A stretch of 64,000 nucleotides of DNA, from contig DAWDVX010000002.1 of NCBI GenBank assembly GCA_052346145.1, positions 6,671-70,670 on the forward strand, read 5' to 3'. Source of the DNA: Collinsella sp. GTDB lineage: Bacteria > Actinomycetota > Coriobacteriia > Coriobacteriales > Coriobacteriaceae. Positions 48,169-57,965 of this stretch are shown here, piece after piece. Numbering within the stretch: position 1 is the first letter of the stretch; each line of letters opens with the position of its first letter. The notes beneath the pieces were generated by a model, which did not search any database, was not told the DNA's origin, and saw only the letters and a program-made list of their open reading frames with translations. The position numbers were made by a program, and so were the translations under genes.

Positions 48169-49074
48169 CTAGCGACGCTTGCGCGACAGGAAGCGCGCAA
48201 ACAGGTTGAAGGCCAAAATGATCACCATCAGCAAGAGCGCGGTGCCGTAGGCTGCGTTCATGTTGATGCCGTCGTTGGCAAGCAGGTACAGGTGAACGGT
48301 CATGGGACGACCGGAATCGAGCGGCGAAATAGGTAGATTGATGGCCTGCCCCATGGTGTAGAGCACCACCGCGGTCTCGCCAATGGCACGGCCGATGGCG
48401 AGGACGATGCCCGTGGCAATACGGCCAAAGGCAGAAGGAAGCACGATCTTGGAGACAACCTGCCACTTGGTGGCGCCCAGACCGTACGCGCCCCAACGGA
48501 TATAGCGCGGAACGGCGCGAATGGCCTCTTCGGTGGTGCGCATGACGATGGGAAGCATCAAGAGCGCGAGTGCCAGGGCGGCAGAGACCATCGAAAGGCC
48601 CAAGCCCATGGCCTCGACAAACAAGGCGTAGCCAAACAGACCCATAACGATGGAGGGCACCGAGGCCAAAGCGTCAGCAGCGTAGCGAATGAGCTCGACG
48701 ACCTTGCCCTGTTTGGCGTACTCGGCCAGATAGACGGCTGCCAGCACAGCGATCGGCGTGCAGATAAGCATGGCGAGCGCCGTCACATAGACGGTCGAGA
48801 CGATCGTGGGCCAAATGCCGCCCTCGGCGTTGACACCCTGGGGCCAACCGAAGATAAAGTCGAGCGAAATATGCGGTAAGCCATTAACAACCACGTAGGC
48901 GATGATAGCGACCAGCACAAGCGTGGTGATGTAGGCCGCGGCGCGGAACACGCCGAGCATGATCTTGTTTGACAGGTCCTTGTTGATACGGCCCTTCTTA
49001 CCGTGGGAAAGGGCACACTTGATGCGCTCGCGCGACGAGGTCGTATCGACCGTCGTGTCAACGGAATCGGACAT
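48169..49074 (-). CDS. pstA: Phosphate ABC transporter permease
   Basis: YLAEYA, VPSIVMGLFG, RTTEEA, RAIGETA. Confidence 0.95.
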   Translation of the reverse strand: MSDSVDTTVDTTSSRERIKCALSHGKKGRINKDLSNKIMLGVFRAAAYITTLVLVAIIAYVVVNGLPHISLDFIFGWPQGVNAEGGIWPTIVSTVYVTALAMLICTPIAVLAAVYLAEYAKQGKVVELIRYAADALASVPSIVMGLFGYALFVEAMGLGLSMVSAALALALLMLPIVMRTTEEAIRAVPRYIRWGAYGLGATKWQVVSKIVLPSAFGRIATGIVLAIGRAIGETAVVLYTMGQAINLPISPLDSGRPMTVHLYLLANDGINMNAAYGTALLLMVIILAFNLFARFLSRKRR

Positions 49075-49077
49075 AGC

Positions 49078-50004
49078 CTACCCCCTCTTCTTCTTGGAAA
49101 TCAGACGGACGATGCCCACCAGCATGGCGGAGATGATAAACAGGACCACGCCCATGCCGAACAGAGCCGAGCGGTGCAGGCCCGAGGAATAGCTCATGTC
49201 GAGCGCGATCTGGCTCGTGAGCGTCGAGATGGGGCTCGCAATGCTGTCGGGAATAACCGGAGCGTTACCCACGACCATGAGCACGGCCATGGTCTCACCG
49301 ATGGCACGGCCCATACCCAGCACGATGGCATCCACGATACCCAGCTTCGCGGCAGGTAGCACGACCTTATAGATGGTCTGCCACTTGGTGGCGCCCATGG
49401 CATAGGATGCCTCGCGAATGCCCATGGGAATGGAATTGAGGGCATCGATGGTGAGCGTCGTGATGGTAGGGACGATCATGATGGCGAGCACGAACCACGC
49501 TGTCAGCGCACCAAAACCAAGACCACCGGTCAGTTGTGCGATAAACGGGCGGATGATGATCATGCCAAAGAAACCATAGATGATAGAAGGGATGCCGGCC
49601 AACAGGTCAACGGCAGGGCTGATGAGCTTGCGCACGCGCTTGCTGGCGATCTCGACCAGGTACACGGCCGTACCTACGCCCAGCGGCACGCCCATGGCGA
49701 GCGCACCGACGGTCACCAGACCTGAGCCGGCAAGCAGCGACATGATGCCGTAGTGGCCCTCAGAGGGCGCCCACGTAAAGCTAAAGAATTCCGCCAGACC
49801 GATGTCGGTAAAGACGGGCAGCGCCGAGTACGTGGTAAAGACAAAAATCAGGATGACGGTAACGACCGCCAAGAACGCGCAGGCAAAGAAGATCCACTGC
49901 AGCGCCTTCTCCTTGATATAGGTACTGCGCGATACGAGCGCCAGCTCGCGCTTCTTGGGCGTCTGAACATTCTGCTCAGTCTGGGAGTTTTCCTGTGCTT
50001 CCAT
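49078..50004 (-). CDS. pstC: Phosphate ABC transporter permease
   Basis: LLAGIPSIIYG, EASYAMGAT, GRAIGETMAV. Confidence 0.95.
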   Translation of the reverse strand: MEAQENSQTEQNVQTPKKRELALVSRSTYIKEKALQWIFFACAFLAVVTVILIFVFTTYSALPVFTDIGLAEFFSFTWAPSEGHYGIMSLLAGSGLVTVGALAMGVPLGVGTAVYLVEIASKRVRKLISPAVDLLAGIPSIIYGFFGMIIIRPFIAQLTGGLGFGALTAWFVLAIMIVPTITTLTIDALNSIPMGIREASYAMGATKWQTIYKVVLPAAKLGIVDAIVLGMGRAIGETMAVLMVVGNAPVIPDSIASPISTLTSQIALDMSYSSGLHRSALFGMGVVLFIISAMLVGIVRLISKKKRG

Positions 50005-50005
50005 G

Positions 50006-50842
50006 CTACTCACTCCCCTTCTCGTCGTTGGTGACGGGGATAAAGCCCGCCTCACGAATCTGCTTGTCCATCTTTTCGGACGTCACGTAGTCGATGTAAT
50101 CCTGCGCCTGCAGCGAAGGCGCACCCTTCACAAAGAAGTAAAGGTCGCGTGAGATGGGATAGCCGCCGCTCGCGACCGTCTTCTCGGACGCCTCAACATG
50201 ATTGACCGAGACGGCCTTGACCGAGGTCTTGGCGTTGAGGCTATCGACGAAGCCCAGCGAAATGTAGCCAATGGCACCGCGCGAACGAGATACCACGTCG
50301 CGCACCTGGCCCGTGCCCGAAAGAACGGCCGAGCGGCGATCGAACGGGGTGCCGTCCATCACGATGGTGCGAAAGGCCTCACGCGTGCCGGACGCCTCAT
50401 CTCGGTTGATGACCTGAATCCTCAGGTCCTCGCCACCGACTTCTTTCCAGTTGGTGATCTTGCCGGCGTAAATATCGCGGAGCTGCTCGGTCGAGAGGTT
50501 ATCGACCGGGTTATCGTCGTTCACGATGACCGCGATACCGTCGTGGGCAATGACGATGGGAGTCAGGCCCAGATCCTGTTCGTCGGCATTGAGTCCACGG
50601 GAGGAGCTGGCGATATCGGCCGTGCCGGCGCTGACGGCCTCGATGCCAGCGGAAGAACCCAAACCGGAAACGAGCACGTCGATGCCGGTCTCCTCCTTAA
50701 AACCCTCGGCCGCAATCTCGGCGATAGGAAGGCAGGTCGTGGAGCCGGCGACGGTAATGGAAGAGGTAGAAGATCCCGAAGAACAGGCGCACAGCGTAAG
50801 CGTAAGCACAGCGGCGCTCAGGACCGATACGATCTTTCTCAT
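50006..50842 (-). CDS. pstS: Phosphate ABC transporter substrate-binding lipoprotein
   Basis: LCAC lipobox, AGSTT, GSSAGI, R...SGTR, YPISR. Confidence 0.92.
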   Translation of the reverse strand: MRKIVSVLSAAVLTLTLCACSSGSSTSSITVAGSTTCLPIAEIAAEGFKEETGIDVLVSGLGSSAGIEAVSAGTADIASSSRGLNADEQDLGLTPIVIAHDGIAVIVNDDNPVDNLSTEQLRDIYAGKITNWKEVGGEDLRIQVINRDEASGTREAFRTIVMDGTPFDRRSAVLSGTGQVRDVVSRSRGAIGYISLGFVDSLNAKTSVKAVSVNHVEASEKTVASGGYPISRDLYFFVKGAPSLQAQDYIDYVTSEKMDKQIREAGFIPVTNDEKGSE

Positions 50843-51639
50843 AGCATCACGCCGATCGCAGCATAGCGCCCACAGGTGCCGTTCTCGTTACGGTAGGAAT
50901 AAAAGCGGTCGTTCTGACGCACGGTCGAAAGCTGGGTATCCACGATATTATCCGCGTCGACACCGACATCTACCAGCGCCTCGCAAATGGCAGCGGAAAG
51001 ATTGAGCATGCGAGAGGTGCTCGCATCGATGCACGAGAACTCGGCGGCAAAGCGATCCATGAGTTCCTGGGATACCTCATATTCGTCACCCAAGATATGG
51101 GGGCCGATATAGGCCGAGATGTCACTTGCATCGCAGCCGGCAGCATCGCAAAGCGCCTGGCACGCCTTGGCAGAAATACGTGCAATCGTGCCCTTCCAAC
51201 CGGAGTGCACCACGGCAAATCCGCCAGGGGCCACCAGCACCACGGGAACGCAGTCGGCAAAGCAGAGCAGCACGGGCACGTTATGCGCCGTGCAGACGAT
51301 GGCATCACAGCCCTCGGCAATCTGCTCGCGAACGTCCTCAAGGTCATCGGCGCCGTTCGAGGTCACCGCAACGATATGATCACCATGGACCTGATTGGGA
51401 ACGAGCAGGTTGTGCTCGCACTCGGCGGCACCCATAGCTTCGAGCGCACGACGACGATTTTCTTGAACAGCAAAGGGGTCATCGCCAACATGCGAGCCCA
51501 AGTTGAGTGAGGAGTACGCATCTTCGGAAACGCCACCGGCGCGCTCGGTGAAGGCAAAGCGAACATCGGATGTCGCGCCCTCCACCAACGTAACTCCATC
51601 ATGGTCGACACGCGAAACGTTGTCCGCACGTGCTGCCAT
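50839..51639 (-). CDS. pgeF: Polyphenol-oxidase-like peptidoglycan editing factor (PgeF/YfiH/YlmD)
   Basis: SLNLG.HVGDD, NQVHG, FADCVPV, HSGWKG, IGP, FYSYR. Confidence 0.92.
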   Translation of the reverse strand: MAARADNVSRVDHDGVTLVEGATSDVRFAFTERAGGVSEDAYSSLNLGSHVGDDPFAVQENRRRALEAMGAAECEHNLLVPNQVHGDHIVAVTSNGADDLEDVREQIAEGCDAIVCTAHNVPVLLCFADCVPVVLVAPGGFAVVHSGWKGTIARISAKACQALCDAAGCDASDISAYIGPHILGDEYEVSQELMDRFAAEFSCIDASTSRMLNLSAAICEALVDVGVDADNIVDTQLSTVRQNDRFYSYRNENGTCGRYAAIGVML

Positions 51640-51849
51640 ACTAAAGCCTCCTAATAACACAAGTACCGCGGCATCGCCGCTACAGCCCGCGTTTATACGG
51701 CTGTCATACTTCTCTAAAAGGATACCTGCTGCGCTGGAGGCAATCGTAAAGGGAACGTAAAGAGATTGGAGGTTCTAGTTTACAAAGTCGAAATAAAAAG
51801 GGCGCGTCCATACGAACACGCCCCTGTGCACAACAATGCAAAGAACGAC

Positions 51850-53004
51850 TTAGAAGCTACCGCGCTTCAGGAAGTCGGGAAGCTCGAACTGATCGTTGCC
51901 GAAGTTAGGAAGCTCGGTGCCACCGACGTTGCGGGTCGGAGCGGCCTGAGCCGGGCTCGTGGCAGGAGCGGTGCGCTGCGGCTCAGCGGAGGCAGCGGCC
52001 TTGCTCTGAGACTGCTGAGCAGCAAAGAGCTCGTCCTGACGGTTGACGTTGGAGTCGGAGAAGCCCGTAGCGATGACGGTGATACGCACCTGATCGCCCA
52101 GGGACTCGTCGACAACGGTACCGAAGATGATGTTGGCCTCGGGGTCGACGGCGTTGGCGACAACGTCGGCGGCGTCGCTGATCTCCTGGATGCCCAGGTC
52201 CTTGGAACCGGCGATGGAGAGCAGCACGCGCGTGGCGCCATCGATGGAGCTCTCGAGCAGCGGGCTGGAGATGGCCTGCTGGGCAGCGTCGACGGCACGG
52301 GTATCCCCAGAAGAGGTACCGATACCCATCATGGCGGTACCGGCCTGCTTCATGATGGTCTTAACATCGGCGAAGTCCAAGTTGATGATACCGGGGACGG
52401 TGATGAGGTCGGTGATGCCCTGGGTGCCCTGGGAAAGGACGCCATCGGCAATCGCGAAGGCCTCGAGCATGGTGGTCTTCTTCTCGGCGATGTCGAGCAG
52501 CTTATCGTTAGGGATGACGATCATGGTGTCGACGCAATCGGAGAGGGTCTTAATGCCCTCCTCGGCGCTCTTCTTGCGCTTGCGGCCCTCGAAGGTGAAG
52601 GGCTTGGTCACGACGGCGACGGTCAGCGCACCGACCTCGTTCATCGCGATATCGGCAACGATGGGAGCAGCGCCGGTACCGGTGCCACCGCCCTCGCCGC
52701 AGGTGATGAACACCATGTCGGCGCCAGCGAGCGCCTCGGCAATGTCGTCGCGGGACTCATCGGCAGCCTTGCGGCCAACCTCGGGGTTGGCGCCGGCGCC
52801 CAGGCCGCGGGTAAGGTCGGTGCCGATGTGCACCTTGATATCGGCATCAGAGATCGCGAGTGCCTGAGCATCGGTGTTGATGGCAACAAACTCGACGCCG
52901 CGGATGCCCTCTTCGATCATTCGATTGACCGCGTTGGTACCGCCGCCGCCGACGCCGACCACCTTAATGACGGCAAGGTAGTTGTTGATCTCTGTCTCGT
53001 GCAT
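51850..53004 (-). CDS. ftsZ: Cell division protein FtsZ
   Basis: [35 protein letters not shown]-terminal LPDFLK. Confidence 0.98.
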   Translation of the reverse strand: MHETEINNYLAVIKVVGVGGGGTNAVNRMIEEGIRGVEFVAINTDAQALAISDADIKVHIGTDLTRGLGAGANPEVGRKAADESRDDIAEALAGADMVFITCGEGGGTGTGAAPIVADIAMNEVGALTVAVVTKPFTFEGRKRKKSAEEGIKTLSDCVDTMIVIPNDKLLDIAEKKTTMLEAFAIADGVLSQGTQGITDLITVPGIINLDFADVKTIMKQAGTAMMGIGTSSGDTRAVDAAQQAISSPLLESSIDGATRVLLSIAGSKDLGIQEISDAADVVANAVDPEANIIFGTVVDESLGDQVRITVIATGFSDSNVNRQDELFAAQQSQSKAAASAEPQRTAPATSPAQAAPTRNVGGTELPNFGNDQFELPDFLKRGSF

Positions 53005-53203
53005 GTCGGTCCTCCGAACAAAGGTTATAGCCATAGCATGGGTCGACCCCTGCGCACATTAACCTTCAGGTTGAAAGTAAATGCAAAGGTAAACCGTATT
53101 ATGTTTGCACATTATGAACGTATCAGTCAAATAATTGACCGTGAAAACCAAACAAACCAGATAAACGGCGTGGTATGGCCCCTCAACAAAGCATCAACCA
53201 GCG

Positions 53204-54460
53204 CTACGAGGTCGGAGCGTTCCTAAATGTATAGTTACCCGGAGAGCGCACATTGATATACGTTACGCCCTCTACCTGCGAAAGCAGCTTGGTGACTACG
53301 CGCTCCTTCTTGACGATATCGTTCGAATCGCCCAGCGACACCTCAATGCCGTTATTGAGGTTTGCCGAGATGGCTTCGACCGAAGGCGTGGAAATATCCT
53401 TGACTTGTCCCAAGAACTCGCTCGAAAAACCACGCACATAATCCAAGCCAGCCTTAACGGCCTTGGAGCTCACCGCTTGGCCGGAAACCGGAGCGACATC
53501 CGCCGAGACATCAGTCAACAACACCGCGCCATAGTGCTTAGCGAGCGCCAGCGCGGCATCGATGCCGGTCAGGGTATTTGAGCCCTGCCCCGTCGTGATG
53601 ACGTTGCCCTGGTCATCCACTTCGACCGACGTCGACAGCGGGGCGATCCAGGTGTCATCATCCCCGATGGCCCAGGCAAGGTCATCGGAGCTGATATAGG
53701 CAATTGCGATGACCTTGCGCTCCATCGGCGTAATGATGAGCGTATGCGGGAACTGACGCTGGACATCCACGCCCGAGACCCACGGGTTCTGCTTGAGGTC
53801 CTCGGTAATCTGGTCGGGATCGACGTTGAAAAGCGACGTTCCCTCGGGCAAATCGATCAGCTGGATAGCATCGTGCTTCGTCACATGCTCGCTGCCTTGA
53901 ATCTGAATATCAGTGGCGGTAAACAATCCAGAGTTAATCACCACGATGGCAACGACGACGAGCACGGCCAAGACGGCCAAAACGCCGCCCACGATTTTGC
54001 CTTTGCCTGTAACGACAGAAGCGGCGTCTGATGTTTTATTTGCCATCGCCCCAAGTGAAGACAACGGGTTGACGCCTTTTTTACCCGAAGGCTTCTTGGC
54101 GGTAGCCGGCACCGATGTCAGCGAGCGCGGTTTCGATGCGCCCAGCGTGCGACTCGGACGCGCCGCCTTAGTTCCTGTCGAGGGCTTAGGAGTTGCCATA
54201 GGACGGGCAGGCTTGGCGCCCATAACAGGCTTTGACGTCACCGAGGGACGCGAGGACTTTTTTGCGGCCGGACGATTACCGAGCTGCGAGCCGACAACCG
54301 AACGACTGGTCTGTCGAGCATGCCCGACAGACTTAGAGTGCGCGACGGTATTGCGTTGAGGTTTGGCAGGCGCGCCGGAACGCCCTCCGGTGCGGCGGAA
54401 GGTGGGTTTCGATGCTCTAGAAGCCGAGGAATTTAACTTCCGGTCTGAGCTCGATGCCAT
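53204..54460 (-). CDS. ftsQ: Cell division protein FtsQ/DivIB
   Basis: Long basic N-terminus, one TM, POTRA domain (NPWV..V.VQRQFPHTL); lies between murB and ftsZ. Confidence 0.85.
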   Translation of the reverse strand: MASSSDRKLNSSASRASKPTFRRTGGRSGAPAKPQRNTVAHSKSVGHARQTSRSVVGSQLGNRPAAKKSSRPSVTSKPVMGAKPARPMATPKPSTGTKAARPSRTLGASKPRSLTSVPATAKKPSGKKGVNPLSSLGAMANKTSDAASVVTGKGKIVGGVLAVLAVLVVVAIVVINSGLFTATDIQIQGSEHVTKHDAIQLIDLPEGTSLFNVDPDQITEDLKQNPWVSGVDVQRQFPHTLIITPMERKVIAIAYISSDDLAWAIGDDDTWIAPLSTSVEVDDQGNVITTGQGSNTLTGIDAALALAKHYGAVLLTDVSADVAPVSGQAVSSKAVKAGLDYVRGFSSEFLGQVKDISTPSVEAISANLNNGIEVSLGDSNDIVKKERVVTKLLSQVEGVTYINVRSPGNYTFRNAPTS

Positions 54461-55328
54461 ACGCCTCCCTCACCTTTCCGTGCACATGTCTGATAACCGC
54501 GGCAACGTCATCGGCCGAGGCAGTTCCGTTATTAACGATAAAATTAGCGTGAACGGGCGAAACTTCCGCGCCGCCAATCGAAAAACCCTTTAATCCACAA
54601 TCCTCGATAAGCTTGCCCACACTCGCATCGGGCGGGTTGCGAAAGACCGACCCGCAGGATGCGCGACCCATGGGCTGCGTACGCTTGCGCCTCGTCAGGT
54701 ACCGTTCCATGCACTCGCGAATGTCGGCCTTGGGCGCCGGTTTAAGCTTGAGCACGCACTCGAGGATGATCTCATTGCGGGGAAGGCTACATTCGCGGTA
54801 GCCCCAAGTGATCTCGGACCCCGCATAATGCTTGATACCGGATGCCGGGTCAAACGTTACGACATCCTCAACCAGCGAGCCAATCCACTCGGTCCGTGTG
54901 CCGGCATTCATAGATATCGCACCGCCAACCGAGCCAGGGATGCCAACGGCAAACTCAAGGCCCGAGAGGCTACGCGACAGGGCATCGTTGACCAGGCGCG
55001 CAAACATCACGCCCGCACCGACCGTCAGCGTACAACCGTCATCGGCAACAACCGTGCGCTGAAACTCACGTCCGAGCGAAATGACGGCACCGCGATAACC
55101 GCCATCGGCAACCAGCAGATTGGAGCCCTTGCCGATGATGACCCACGGCACCTGCTCGCGATCGAGCACCGCCACGGCGCGGCGGAGGGCATGATAGCTA
55201 TGGCACGTCACAAAGAGGTCGGCCTTGCCGCCGATACGATAGCTCGTATGACGCGCAAGGCGCTCGTCCTCGATCACATCCGTGTCGATCATGCCCGAGA
55301 GCGCCATGACGGCGTTAAACAGACCCAT
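54417..55328 (-). CDS. murB: UDP-N-acetylenolpyruvoylglucosamine reductase
   Basis: HTSYRIGG, GKGSNLL, GIPGSVGGA.SMNAG, SCGSVFRNP, HANFIVN. Confidence 0.96.
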   Translation of the reverse strand: MGLFNAVMALSGMIDTDVIEDERLARHTSYRIGGKADLFVTCHSYHALRRAVAVLDREQVPWVIIGKGSNLLVADGGYRGAVISLGREFQRTVVADDGCTLTVGAGVMFARLVNDALSRSLSGLEFAVGIPGSVGGAISMNAGTRTEWIGSLVEDVVTFDPASGIKHYAGSEITWGYRECSLPRNEIILECVLKLKPAPKADIRECMERYLTRRKRTQPMGRASCGSVFRNPPDASVGKLIEDCGLKGFSIGGAEVSPVHANFIVNNGTASADDVAAVIRHVHGKVREAYGIELRPEVKFLGF

Positions 55329-55333
55329 TAGAC

Positions 55334-56752
55334 TTAAGCGTCTTTCTTGGCAGTCAGATACTCGATAAACTCGGGACCGACGGTCGTAACGTCACCGGCA
55401 CCCATTGTGAGCAGCAAGTCGCCCTCGCCCACCATCTGCTCGAGCTCCTGATTGAGCTCAAGACGGCTGGAGCAGTACACGACCTCCTTGCCAGGATGCT
55501 TGGCGCGCACGGTATCGGCGAGCATCTTAGAGGTAACACCCGGAATGGGCATCTCGCCAGCCGAGAACACATCAATCAGCAGCAGTTTATCGGCATTGGC
55601 AAATGCATCGGCAAAGTCGTCGCACAGGGCCTGCAGGCGCGAATAGCGGTGCGGCTGGAACACGACGTCGACGTGCTTGTAGCCCAGCGACGAAGCGGCA
55701 GCAAGCGTCGCCTTGATCTCGGTGGGGTGATGGCCGTAATCATCGACCACGGTGATGCCATCGATATCGCCCACGTGGGTAAAGCGGCGGCGAACGCCCT
55801 CAAAGCTCGAGAGCGCCTTGGCGGCGGCGTCGATGTCAAGGCCCAGGACATGGGCGACGGTGAGCACCGCCGTGGCGTTGAGCATGTTGTGGCGACCGGG
55901 ATTGCTCTTGATCTCCACGGCATGTTCAGTGCCATCCTCAAAGCGAACGATAAAGTCACTCTGGATACCCTTGACATCCGGGTGCATGCAGACGATGTCG
56001 TTGCTCTCGGCAAAGCCGTAGGAAAGCACGTGACGGCCCGTCGACTTGGCGAGCTCGACCAGATGCGGGTCCTCACCGCAGACGATGACGGTGCCGTCCT
56101 CGCCCACCAGGCTCATGAATTTGGCGAAAGTCGCTTCGATCTCCTCGATACCCGAGTAGTGATCGAGGTGATCGGCCTCGACGTTGGTCACAATGACTAC
56201 GTTGGGGTTCAGGAACAGGAAGGAGCTGTCGGACTCGTCGGCCTCGGCGACAAAGTAGTCGCCCGAGCCGTTCTTGCCGTTCGTGTCATAGCCCTCGACG
56301 ATGCCGCCGATCAAGAAGCTCGGATCCAGACCCATGCGGTCGAGCATGGTGGCGCACATCGAAGACGTGGTGGTCTTGCCATGCGTGCCGGCAACAGCGA
56401 CGGTGGTGTAGCCGTGGCCCAAAGCAGAGAGCATCTTGGCACGGGGCCACACGGGAATACCAAGCTCGCGAGCGCGCACGAGTTCGGGGTTGGACTCCGG
56501 AATAGCGGTGGAGACAACAACCACGTCGGGCTTGACCTCGTCGATCGTGGCGGCCTCATGGCCCACATGCACCTTCACACCAGCGCGGGTAAGCTGGCGG
56601 ATATAACGTGACGTCTTAAGGTCGGAGCCGGTAACGGCATAACCGCGCTCGTGCAGAACGAGGGCGATGCCGCTCATGCCGGCGCCGCCGATACCGATAA
56701 AGTGGGCGCTCTTAAACTCGGGCGCGGAGGTTGCAGTCTGGGAATCAGCCAT
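55334..56752 (-). CDS. murC: UDP-N-acetylmuramate--L-alanine ligase
   Basis: IGIGGAGMSG, AGTHGKTTT, EADESD, DDYGHHPTE, FQPHRYSR. Confidence 0.97.
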   Translation of the reverse strand: MADSQTATSAPEFKSAHFIGIGGAGMSGIALVLHERGYAVTGSDLKTSRYIRQLTRAGVKVHVGHEAATIDEVKPDVVVVSTAIPESNPELVRARELGIPVWPRAKMLSALGHGYTTVAVAGTHGKTTTSSMCATMLDRMGLDPSFLIGGIVEGYDTNGKNGSGDYFVAEADESDSSFLFLNPNVVIVTNVEADHLDHYSGIEEIEATFAKFMSLVGEDGTVIVCGEDPHLVELAKSTGRHVLSYGFAESNDIVCMHPDVKGIQSDFIVRFEDGTEHAVEIKSNPGRHNMLNATAVLTVAHVLGLDIDAAAKALSSFEGVRRRFTHVGDIDGITVVDDYGHHPTEIKATLAAASSLGYKHVDVVFQPHRYSRLQALCDDFADAFANADKLLLIDVFSAGEMPIPGVTSKMLADTVRAKHPGKEVVYCSSRLELNQELEQMVGEGDLLLTMGAGDVTTVGPEFIEYLTAKKDA

Positions 56753-56849
56753 GTGCTCGTGTACTCCTTGCGTAAACACTGCCTGTAACCCGTTAACTGT
56801 ACCGCACCTACCGCATCAGCGCGAGGGCGACCGACGATATCCCGTCTAA

Positions 56850-57965
56850 CTAACGCAAACCCTCTACCGCATCCGCCAGAAGAGCGGCGGCCCTATCCTG
56901 AGCCAGACCACGCGCCGCCTGACGCATGGCGTCGCGTGCCGCCGCGTCATCGACCAGGTGCAGCAGCTCATCGGCAAAGGCAGAACCGTCGATATCGGCA
57001 TCGGCGCAGAGCACGCCGGCCCCGGCGTCGACCAGATAACGGGCATTGGTGGTTTGGTGGTCGGCTGTCGCATGCGGGTACGGCACGAGCACCGAAGGCA
57101 CGGCGAGCGCAGCGATCTCGGCCACGCTCGATGCGCCCGAACGCGAGAGCACCAAATCGGCAGCAGCCAGCATATCGCCCATGTTGTCGATGTATGGCTG
57201 GACGCGGTAACGCTTCGCCTCCTCGGGCGTCAGCGCCAAAGCGCGCTCGGTCTCCTCAAAGCCGTCGGCACCAGTCGAATGCAACACATAGAGGTTCTTG
57301 CGCGAAAGCAGCTCGTTTTTGAGCGAAACCACGCACTCGTTGAGGTGCTGGGCGCCAAGTGAACCGCCAAAGACGAGCAGCAGCGTAGCGTCCTCGGGAA
57401 CACCAAGTGCCTTGCGGCCGCGAGCGCGATTGCCCTCGATCACCGAGCGACGTACGGGGTTGCCGGTCATGAGCACGTGGCCAGGGTCACCTTCGCGCTC
57501 AAAGACCGAACGCGCTGCCGGCACCGAGATGCACACGCGGGCGGCGTGGGAGTTCATCATCTTGTTGGCCAGGCCCGGAACAGAGTTCTGCTCATGCAGC
57601 AGATACGGAACGCCCGCGCCCTTACACCACCCCAGCAGCGGAACCTCGACATAGGCACCAAAACCAATGGCGGCATCGGGCTTGCCAACCTTTGAGAAAT
57701 GACTGGCGAGCGCACGTTTGGCCTTGTTGACACGCCACAGCGAGGTCAGCGCCGTCCAAGGACGGGAGCGGTCGAAGCCCGTGACCGTAATGGGCACAAA
57801 ATCAAACCCAGCCTCGGGGACCAGACGACCCTCGAGCTTGCGCGACTGGCCCACGAACACAACGTGGTGACCACGGTCACGCAGCTCTTCGGCCAAGGCG
57901 AGCGCGGGGTTGATGTGTCCTGCCGTGCCGCCGGCTGCAATAGCAACGGTCATTTTATCGGTCAT
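56850..57965 (-). CDS. murG: Undecaprenyldiphospho-muramoylpentapeptide GlcNAc transferase
   Basis: GGTAGHINP, HEQN, TGNPVR, GGSLGA, RSGAS, HQTTNA. Confidence 0.97.
   Translation of the reverse strand: MTDKMTVAIAAGGTAGHINPALALAEELRDRGHHVVFVGQSRKLEGRLVPEAGFDFVPITVTGFDRSRPWTALTSLWRVNKAKRALASHFSKVGKPDAAIGFGAYVEVPLLGWCKGAGVPYLLHEQNSVPGLANKMMNSHAARVCISVPAARSVFEREGDPGHVLMTGNPVRRSVIEGNRARGRKALGVPEDATLLLVFGGSLGAQHLNECVVSLKNELLSRKNLYVLHSTGADGFEETERALALTPEEAKRYRVQPYIDNMGDMLAAADLVLSRSGASSVAEIAALAVPSVLVPYPHATADHQTTNARYLVDAGAGVLCADADIDGSAFADELLHLVDDAAARDAMRQAARGLAQDRAAALLADAVEGLR

Noticed and set aside
53005..53203. Absence of ftsA between ftsQ and ftsZ
   Set aside because: This is normal for Actinomycetota, where SepF anchors FtsZ.
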